Made by a program: the position numbers and the translations under genes. Below, one piece after another: positions 12,191 through 22,500 of a stretch of DNA of 64,000 bases. Every line of letters begins with the position of its first letter. The first letter of the stretch is position 1. This DNA comes from Phoronis australis. Lineage: Eukaryota > Animalia > Phoronida. The notes beneath the pieces were generated by a model. The model searched no databases. It was not told where the DNA came from and worked only from the letters and a program-made list of their open reading frames with translations. Location: positions 352,455-416,454 of the forward strand of contig NMRA01000308.1 in assembly GCA_002633005.1 (NCBI GenBank), written 5' to 3'.

Positions 12191-13317
12191 CGACCCACGT
12201 CGAGGCCGATCGTTAAACTCGTTACCAACTTGACTGTTAACATAACACACATGATTGATCACCCCATCGGCGCACCTGTTTCACTTCCACCATACTTTGC
12301 AGATAATAAAGGCTCTTGGGCGACGACAAGCGACGCAAACGGGAAACACGACGATCGATTGTGTTTCTGGCCGCTCATCGATCGTGATCTCGAAAGGCTT
12401 TAGAGAAGTTGACCAAACAACTTTACGACCAATATCTTCGTCATAAGGGTATCCCATCGAAACAGTTTCAAGGCGTTTTCCTGGGCGATGTTCCAGAACT
12501 GCAAGTCGTGTTTTAAATCAGCATCTCCGCATACGGGTTGGAAGAGTCCGACGGCGGATCGCTTGCTTTGTCGACCGCATCGCCGGTTTGACGACGAACT
12601 TCTTCTCAACTTGAACGAAGACCGACTTTTCGTACATTCACGACATCAAGAAGTGTTGTAGGTCTTACCAATGCAATCTCTGTGGTTCGTGTTGGGATAC
12701 CGCGTGGAAATTATCTAGACACCAACAAACGTGCGAGAACAGTGTGAGGTACGCTTTCCAAGGAAAAACGTGTTTGTTTGCTAATACAGCGTTAGCAATT
12801 TGATCATTGTTTATTAATTAAGCGTTAACAACGGGTTCAATTAAACCTATTACGTAATGAGGTGTGACGTCATTGACACTTCTGTCTGGTAGTCGGATGA
12901 TGTCCCTTCCAATTGCATACATCTCATGTGACCTTTCCTCTCGGATTTATGACCTTTGACCCAGGAGCCTCCCAAATAGGGCGCCTAAACAACTTACTAT
13001 ATTACTAACGTCCAAAATGGAACGAATGATTGAAATTTGTGAATCCTTAAAACGCTATGAATTGCAGAGCCTGCAAAATTTAACGAGTCAATGAATTTGT
13101 AAACTGCAAAGAAATGATGACGTCATGAAATACGAAGAATCGATGAATCTGTAAAATGCGATGTTTTAATGAACCTGCAAACAAGGGGCGAAGTTAGTTA
13201 ATCGATAATCCATGTAATGCTATAAATTAATCACGAATTGCTGAATCGAGTCTTAAGAGTTCTCCAATGCAAAGAATTGACGAAAACATGAAATAGCTGT
13301 CTCGAAATAAAGCCTCA

Positions 13318-13856
13318 CATTACGGCGTTTTCCTGTTGCTCCCAACTTGTTCGATTCTATAGCCCAACAACAAGTTGGAAAGTTTACCCCTGTAGCCAAT
13401 ATCTTACACGACTGATTAACTCCATTCTGGCATTCATGGTTGGAGGGCCAGCTCTCTTTTGTTCGATAATTGCTCTAATCTCCAATAAGATCGTATCATA
13501 GCATGTGGGCTGTGCTGTTAAAAATAAAAGTTAAGTCATAACATATTTGAACATAAACCAATAGCATTTCTGAAATGCTCGTCAAATGGTGATCATGTTT
13601 AGTTTTTGAATCGCCAAAATCGCCCAACTAAAACCGAAGTTACGACAATCTATTCTTTCCGAACTTACCAATTCGCTTTGGGTTTGACTGTGTTCACACG
13701 TGGTCTGTAATAAGCCTGGTAAATAATTGGCCTGCCTGTTGTCATATCAGACAAAAGTCGGACTGTGCTTGGCAGTTAACAAAGAACATAGGTGTTATCA
13801 CACGCTCACAACCTTCTACGTCTGGTAAAGTCTCTGAACGGGAAAACGCCGTCATG
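13318..13856. mobile_element. 539-bp MITE, copy B (opposite orientation to copy A)
   Basis: CATTACGGCGTTTTCC...GGAAAACGCCGTCATG ends; full-length reverse-complement similarity to 9748-10286. Confidence 0.85.
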
Positions 13857-13944
13857 CCTCCTGTAACGTCACGAAATTGGGTCAAGGAGAAAGTCTAAAG
13901 TCATTTCGTGTCTCTAGCTATTTACCTCCTCTGTTACGGGGACG

Positions 13945-14233
13945 ATCATGCCTCTAACCACTCCGTATCTGATGAATACACACATTTCATGCCCCTATCT
14001 ACTCGGTTACTGATGAATACACACATTTCATGCCCCTAACCACTCGGTTACGGGTGAATACACACATTTCATGCCCCTATCTACTCGGTTACTGATGAAT
14101 ACACACATTTCATGCCCCTAACCACTCGGTTAGTGCTGAATACACACATTTCATGCCCCTAACCACTCGGTTACGGGTGAACACACACATTTCATGCCCC
14201 GAACCACTCGGTTACGGGTGAATACACACATTT
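13945..14233. repeat. ~41-bp minisatellite, ~7 copies
   Basis: GAATACACACATTTCATGCCCCTAACCACTCGGTTACGGGT repeated. Confidence 0.93.
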
Positions 14234-14328
14234 CTACAAGATTTGATAAAACACCGTTAAAATTTTGAATCAATAAGACAATAAAAATGTATGATCGTAC
14301 AAAAGATAAATCTAAAGTCCGTTCTTAA

Positions 14329-14744
14329 AGATACTCTCTCCTTTACTTTCACCAATTTATAACACAGGATATGAGTTTTGTTAGTAGAAAGAAATTACTA
14401 AAATATCAACATTTCGTATTTTCAGCCCTATTTGTGTCTGCCTTATTTTACTATCGTTTTGAAATCCGACTTTCCGCGGAAACCTCATTTACATATGGCG
14501 GCAGTTGAGTGAGTATCCATATCGCATGAGCCAGCTGTCACTCACTGCAGCAGCCATTTTAGGTGGTGGTGCACCAGTAAAATAAAAATTAAACAAAAAA
14601 ATCCCATTGAACTCACTTAAGTTTGAAAATATTTGGAGTGATGTTGAACGAGTAATTATTTGGAGTTAAGTTTCGTTTCAAATAACCTGCGTTAAAATCA
14701 GTTTTATGAAGTTTTTAAACTAGAATGAAGAACACAGAATATCT
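14329..14744. mobile_element. Kolobok-like MITE (TTAA TSD)
   Basis: TTAA|AGATACTCT ... AGAATATCT|TTAA. Confidence 0.5.
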
Positions 14745-15849
14745 TTAACGTTTTGCAGCGGCCCTAAATGTGTATACCCGTGGATCAACTTTTGGAGGTA
14801 GAATTACTATTTTCAATGGTATAAGTAGAAATTATTAATCTTCTTACACTCCACTATTTTCAAAAGTTTTTTTATGTTTTCCACATAAATGTAATGGTGA
14901 AGAATCAGAGATTTCTCGTGAAATCGTCAATTTGACAATGGCGTTAGAATGAATGTTATCAAAATCATATGATTGTTAAGTTTTAGAACAAATTTAATTT
15001 ATCATAGGACAAAAATTTTTTATCTTTCTTTGCGAAAAGCTCGGTCACACGACATAGCGGCCAAATCTCAAAGCGTGCTGGATACCTTAGCCGTTCACAA
15101 AGGTCGCTCGTGTGCCACGTTTCACGCAGTTGCTACGGAGCGCGCGATGAGTGAATTGACTCAGGTAGTAGTCGAGCAGACATTTTTTGACCCTAGAAAT
15201 ACTGTTTCTACTGAACTTTTTTTGCAGATAGAATAAAATATTATAGGTGGAGGTCATTTAGGCCAACGATAAATACACCATAAAACACGTCTGGTGGTGT
15301 TTGAAAATAAAAATAGGTCGCCAATTACAAATTATATGCTGGCCGACAAACTGCCCTCCTCGCATCAGCCGCTTAGATAGCGAAGCCAAGTGACGGCAGA
15401 TAATGAGACAATTGGGTCCCTGATAATGATTCCAGACCCCAGCTTAATTCTTATTTTTCATTACAAGTTCAGTCGCGATTCATGAAGTAATCGGCTGCAA
15501 AATCCTTACCGAATCATTGAACAGTTCATATTATCGCATTTGTGGACTTTAACTATTCACCGAGACTATCGACACGCATCACTAATTTATCATTTTCTTC
15601 GAAATGCGTACGTGATAGTAGTCACAAAAATTTTCCTCCTGTCACGCAAAATTTGTATGACCGATAGTGATCGCAATGAATTGAATAAATCGTCGCTTGC
15701 AGGTCACAGCGACGGTATACATTTTTTTAACAATAATTCTAAAATTATGTTTTATTTCCTTAAGAATTACCCCCAAATTTCCCCGCTCATGCTGGCAAAT
15801 TGTCAAAATTTTGGAAAAATGTGATTACAGCTGAGCGTATTTTCCAGTT

Positions 15850-15960
15850 AGTCACGTGACTGATATTTATTTTAAATACACGCCCCTCAGCAGAGCGCAT
15901 TCATTGTGGCACTCCCGATTTCATTTTCACAGCTTCTGGAAAATACGAATTGCCGATCAG
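15850..15960 (+). promoter_or_regulatory. Candidate promoter and non-coding first exon of the small repeat-peptide gene
   Basis: AGTCACGTGACT palindrome at 15850-15861, TTTAAATA at ~15871, Inr-like TCATT at ~15901, strong CAG|GTAAGG donor at 15960/15961. Confidence 0.45.
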
Positions 15961-17712
15961 GTAAGGCATATATGCGCTTATATGTCAGGTAAGGTAAAAA
16001 TGTATGCACAAATATAGTAACTGAAATAATCCACAACCGGTTTTGAATATTGTGCGATTTTTATTAAAATGTAACATTATTTTCAGACTGAAATTTTCAA
16101 GCAATATTTTAAGATACTAATAATTAAGAACACACGATGCGAAAAATGTCTCAGAAGTAGCTTTAATTCGTATAATATAGTCTTGCATTATATACTACAT
16201 TTTCGTACATTACTCTCTAAAAAGTAAAATTCGTTGGCATTCAACTTGGCCAGCAATTTGGTGGTGCACAAAAAATTCCGAAGTGGTACCCAAAAGTTTA
16301 CATTAAGATATTGGTGTCTAGTTGATGCAAAGTCATTGGCCTTGATTTTATTGATGTATAGCTTTGGCCTAAGCTAATAACTTATGTGAAAATTATTACT
16401 AACGCATGTACATATAAGTTAACTTGAAAAGCTTTACAGTAAGCATAACTGCACGTGGGTTTCCAGGCCCGTAGCCAGCATTGCGCAGGGAGTGGTTCGA
16501 ATTTCTTGACTGGTGGACCTTTGATATTTTACAAACGTCCGTCGAAACCGTGGAGTTTTCATTAAGGGCCTCAGTTGACGCATCTTAATCAAGATGAAGG
16601 AAATTTGTATACGCAACGATGACTCTCAACTCTATGCTTTTGAGATGAGACGGAATTAATAATACCAGAGATGAGATGTCGCAACGTTTGCTTGCAACGA
16701 ACGAGACTCAATTCGGATATAATGTGGTCCAAATCAGGCGTGATTACACCTACTTGGACAGAAATATTTAGTCGGAGAATAACTTGACGAAATTTTTATC
16801 TAGTTATATATTTGTGTGTTACTTAAGTTGCTTACATCGTTGGAAATGGGAACAGCCCACTACTTATCATTCGGTTTGCCATTTAAAACTGCAAACATGC
16901 TTTAGAATTTTATGTAATGTAAACGAAAATAAAACATGTTTTTGAATTTCTGTTGTATTTCATAAAAATTGATATTAACCTCACGAAACCAACGCAAGAT
17001 TTTTTAGTTTTATTACTGTCAGTTTTAAAACACTTAGTGTGAATCTGATGCAAGGTTATAGTCAGTTTGTCACTCAGCTGAAAGAGTGTATTGAAATTAT
17101 CAGTAAAACTAGATAGATGTTGTTACTAATATGACCATAAATTGAAATTAAACTATGTAGCTTTACAATAGACGCGACTTTTGTTCCCTAAAATTTAGAT
17201 CTAATACAAATATGCCAATGTTTTGACAGTATTGTATTTCTAAATTTCACTTTTGATTCATGAATTCAGTGATTACCCAATGTGATCAGATTTCTTCGAA
17301 AAAATCCCAAACGTTTGTAAGAATGTTGAAATGAAAACGACATTAAAAAAATATAATACTGTACTCCGATTCAAACTGATTGATTCAGTTGCGTTTTGTA
17401 ATGTGCCTCGAAATGGAAAGGCAGTTAAAATTAGTAAGATTCACAAGAAAAAGGGCCACATTGGTACCTTTGGACCAGAGATAAGGAAGTCGCCCTTTTT
17501 CTGGGAAAAATGTCACATCACTTTTTCTGGGTACGAAAGTCGCCACTTTCTTAGAAAAAAGAGGCACACCACTATCTCTGGACCAAAGATACGTAAATTA
17601 CCACTTTTTCAAGGAATTTTTTTTTCGACTGCGGCCTAAAAATAGAAAGAAAACTTGGCTGTCCCTTCAATACTTCAGTAACCAATGTCCATGGAACTCG
17701 TATGGTTTCAGA

Positions 17713-18988
17713 ATGAGCTCCTCCCAACAGTCAAAGGGTTATTACGGCGGCACCGGTGACAAAGCCGACCTGGGTAATCATTCCAACCAGTGCAACCCTA
17801 ACCACGGCCAATACCAAGGTCATCAAAGGTGAGTCGGATACCTTTTCTAGTCTTTATGAATTACAGACGCACAGTTGATTCACAAATTTCACGATAGCAC
17901 TTATTTTTATAATTATGCTCAGCTACTATTATTAAACTTTTAATGAATTTTATGGGAACTGACGTCATAGTTAGATTAATCTTAGCTTGTCATCTTGCAG
18001 CAAATACGTAACGACTTATTTAGAAGTTCATGAAAATTGTTTAATCGTCAACATTTAAAGAGGCCTGGAACGCGATAAACAGACTAAATTGCAATAGTGA
18101 AAGTGGTTTCCTGCCACTGAAACAGAATTCAACCTGCTCATCAGGTATTTTTTAGGGTTTTTTCGTAAAGATTTTAAATTTCTGTTGATACCAAAGCGTT
18201 TTCTTTTAGTTTCAAATTTAAAAAAAGATCAGTCAACTATTCGCCCCCTTTTCGATTTTTCTCCCACAAGGCAAAGCACGTCTCCTTATTTGGTATGACA
18301 AGACATTGACGTAGCACATTTCCTTATATGGAAAATACGACCTTTGACTTCAAGCAACTGATTTTGAGCGCATGCGCACATTAATCGTAAGAGGAAAAAA
18401 GATTAGAAACTCTGTGGTAATCACACAAATTTTCCTTCGCGTGTAAATCAAAAATAGTGAATTTTGTGATTGTTTCTGAAAATTTTCTCACAGGGGAAAG
18501 TGAATTACTCTATACTAGACGTTGCAAGATGGTACTTTCTTCAGGAATGGTTTAAAAGTTATTTTTGAAGAGCTTTCGCATTCCACGCCTCTTTAACGTA
18601 AGGGGATTTCGTTTTAGTTTTTAAAGAAATTGTTTATCATAAACCCCATAAACCATATACTTTCTTCCCAGGCGTATTTGCGTTCTCATGGTATCAACGA
18701 GTTTTTTCTGAAGACAAGAAATAAATTTCTCATCTAAGTAAGGAACCAGGTGATACCATTTTTACGACAAGTGGCTAAAATCAAAACGGTTTTTAACAGA
18801 AGACGTGGATTCATTTAACCTTTACAGAAGCAACAGTTGACGCATAATAACTTCTCACTGTTGTTAACGACTCGAAATATTGTGTTTTCAGTGGTTACCA
18901 AGGTACAGGCACCAAGGCGGATTTGTCGAGCCACAGTAACCAAATGAACCCCAACAACCCGCGCTACAACCCCCAGTGGAAGAAGTAG
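17713..18988 (+). CDS. Small uncharacterised 70-aa protein with two YxGTGxKADLxxHSNQxNPN repeats (exons 17713-17828 and 18892-18988)
   Basis: tttcag|AATG start, AG|gtgagt donor and ttttcag|T acceptor (phase 2 matches), TAG stop. Translation: MSSSQQSKGYYGGTGDKADLGNHSNQCNPNHGQYQGHQSGYQGTGTKADLSSHSNQMNPNNPRYNPQWKK. The two repeats differ mainly at synonymous positions. Confidence 0.8.
18059..18592. mobile_element. Kolobok-like MITE in the intron of the small peptide gene
   Basis: TTAA|AGAGGCCTGGAACGCGA ... TCGCATTCCACGCCTCT|TTAA (15/17 TIR match). Confidence 0.75.
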
Positions 18989-19146
18989 GGCATAAACGGG
19001 GAGCTTTCAAAAAGGGACATAGATCTCTTGAAATGTAAATCTGCATAGTACAGAAGACAGAATCAACAGCTTCAACCATCCTTTATAAGTGATTAGCAGT
19101 ACAAAGAATATTTCAACACGCTCATAGTGAAACCTAATATCTAAGT

Positions 19147-19560
19147 TGTGACACGTGCTATAACATCTTGTGACAAATGCTATAACATCTTGTGACACAT
19201 GCTATATCTTGTGACACATGCTATAATATCTTGTGACACATGCTATAACATCTTGTGACACATGCTATAATATCTTGTGACATATGCTATAACATCTTGT
19301 GACACATGCTATAATATCTTGTGACACATGCTATAATATCTTGTGACACGTGCTATAACATGTTGTGACACGTGCTATAATATCTTGTGACACATGCTAT
19401 AACATCTTGTGACACGTGCTATAATATCTTGTGGCACATGCTATAATATCTTGGGACACATGCTATAACATGTTGTGACACATGCTATAATATCTTGTGA
19501 CACATGCTATAACATGTTGTGACACATGCTATAACATCTTGTGACACATGCTATAACATC
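19147..19560. repeat. 22-bp minisatellite, ~19 copies
   Basis: TTGTGACACATGCTATAA(C/T)ATC repeated. Confidence 0.95.
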
Positions 19561-22500
19561 AACGTTTTACTGCAGATATGAATTATTGAAGACGAAATTT
19601 GTAGCAAGGGGTTGAAAATACCTCCGTATTACAATCTCACAGAATTCGAGCTTGTTTAATATTTTTATTATTTTGAAATTGTAAAAAATGAAGTTGTGAT
19701 ATGAACAGACAATTGTAACGAGTAGAGAAGAAAGAAATAAATGAATAAATTGGTGAAATTGGCACGTTCACTTGGTGGCATTGAACAGTTAGGCTGTGGC
19801 GGCGGTCAGTTTGAACTCCCAAAATTTGAAAATCCAGGGGTAGGCCCCTCTAAAATTCTCCCAGATTCCATTTGACAGTTCGGGGGTGCCGAATTTTTGA
19901 CGGCCAAAACCATGGCTAATTCTCTGACCTGCCCCCCCCCCAACTCAAAATCCTGGTTCCGCTCCTTGGACAATCCCGGGGATGCAGCCATCAAGAGTTG
20001 AGTAACCGTGAACCAACACGGAGGGTATACGAATGGGCCTAAGACCAGTTCACTGATCGGTAGCAAGGAGGTGCCTCAATAGCTATAGCTGAGATCTCAC
20101 TGTGGGAAAATACGAAATTCCGGATGAACTAAAGCTAGTTGGTGGTCAGCTTAGCTGTGATTCACTTGAGACAGGCAGCTTGTATCGCCCATCTGCGTTC
20201 GCTCTAAGGTCAAGATTCGTTTTATTGCGCTCCAGCTTCGGGAAAATTTTATTTTATTTTGGTCATTCTTTGAAGGAGTTTTTTCGATGAGGTAAGGCGC
20301 TGAAGTCCCTGTTATAGTGCCTTTGGGGCTATTTCAAAATCCCTCGTTGAAACACGACCGGCAGTCCATTTTCTGGTGGCTGGGGAAAATGATACAGAGT
20401 GTGCCGCAAAAATGTACACACTACAACGCCTGGAATTCAATTTCAGTTGCCGTGGATCACTGAGATTCTGTGCGGGCCTACTGCATGGTTACGTCTTATT
20501 TTTAACGTGGTTGCGTCAGTCATGACGTGCACGAAATCAAGTCAAGCAAACAATTCAGTTTTGAAAAACAAAAATTCATTGGTCAATACTACTGGAAACC
20601 AAAAACACCAAGAAAGTGCAAGGACAACCTTTCCAAGCAATGATTTTAATTTTATTTATTCAAAGTTTTTTTAAAACGTTTTTTCGATCTACGGTTGTGA
20701 GTCCGAATTTCATCAATGTCTGAGAGTTATTTTAGATATGCACAATCGTCTAAGTGTACTTTGCTGTTTGGGGATCTGATTATAGAGTTTTCCAACTTCA
20801 GGCTGCAATTAAATTCACGGAAACATCATCAATTCTTACAAGATTAGTTTCTAATTGTAAAAATCATCTATGAATCTATCGATTTTCGTAGATACATACA
20901 CAAAACGTACCTCGATTGGCGTACATGAAGTAATATCCCACTCGACCTTATTCCGCGTATCGACCGAGACCGAAGAGATATTACTTCATCTACGCCAATC
21001 GAGGTGCGTTTTGTATTTATCCCATGCGCTTCGAATCCCTAAGTTTCTTACATTTTTTCGGCAGATTTTTCAAATACTTCACCCAGACTGTTCACATGGC
21101 AGATCACATCCTATATGTATGTACTTGCGCGTTAGGTTGCAAGTTTTCTCTTGTAAAAGAAACAGAAAAGTAACGATTTATTTCTTGGAAAGAGGTAGCA
21201 AAGATGAAACAAACGGCAACTGTGCAGTGAACTTGTAACATCTCCTGGAAATACTTAAAAAAACAACATTTGATATTTTAGTTTCCTAGGAATCAGCGCC
21301 TGAGTTGCATACGATATAGTATTCAGCAACTGAAAATTGATACATAAGTGTCTTATAATTAACAGTTTTGTTCCAGATTTTACGTTTAGGGCCTGGTTGC
21401 ATGTCGAGTGTTAGTTATACTGCTGCAACTTTAAACTATTTTCAGAAATTTGATGATCGAACCGGTTGAAAACGTTGAGTCGACATTGACCTACCCTTTG
21501 AACTTTCCATGTCAGAGGTCGCTGTTGAAGCAGTGCGGGAGGTGATTATGGAAAACTTTATTACATGGCCGTATTTCCCTCGACAGATTCAACGCGTATG
21601 GGATAAATGTATGTAAACAAGTGAATCCGAACCAGCGAATTTGTTTATCAAAATGGAATATTAAAAGCAATTTCCGCAAGCATGCTCACAGACTTTCGAC
21701 GGGTAATCGGGTACTATGGGAGATGGGGCATTCGTATTAAGGTGTATTTTTGCTTAACTTCCCTCGTGAAAACGGCCCTGTTTCGACAGAGAAGAAAACG
21801 TGACAAATCCAGTGATGTGCATTTCGTTAGGCAAAACCCTATGAAAACTCTTCCGTGCTCCGTTTTGGTCTCATACGCATATACGCGCATAATACATAAT
21901 CTGTAATCTGACAAGTTATCTCCTCATTTTTTCCTCGAAACGCGTCTTCATGTTATGTGACGTTAAACACGTAAGCCTGTATGCAAAAAATGGGAAATTT
22001 AGTTTGTGCGTTTGGCGTCGCCATTTTAAGATGTCAAAAGCCCATGCAACTGAGCAGTGAACTCTGACCCCGGACTCCCTGAAGCGTACGTTTTGTCAGT
22101 TCGTGAAAAAGTGACAATGAAGTCACAACAACACGCGTCAGGTTGAAACGAAACGAGATTATTGGTTTTGTTAGCTGCCTTGTTTCAAATATCATGGACG
22201 TTGTCAATTTATTTCACTACGGTTTATTCAAAATATCTTGAAAGCCTGGTTGAGGTACACAAGCATGTAAAGGAACAGACAAAAATTAATAAAATCCTCA
22301 CATCAAGGTCAATGAATTTGACGTCACGGAAAATTCCTCACAGTCGGGGCATATTGTTAATTTCTTGGAAATTTCACAGGAACTGCAAATCCCTTCCACT
22401 TGCCTTTCTCCCAACGACACTACCAAGTCACGCAAAGGCGCAAGGTTGACCAGTGTAAACAACTGGGCATACGAATGCTCAGAATAACAGTCCGTATGTT

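Noticed and set aside
9748-13856. Long inverted repeats as Polinton TIRs
   Set aside because: Each copy has its own short TIRs, lacks AGT-type ends, and the left copy is absent from the paralogous flank at ~88-105; they are independent MITE insertions
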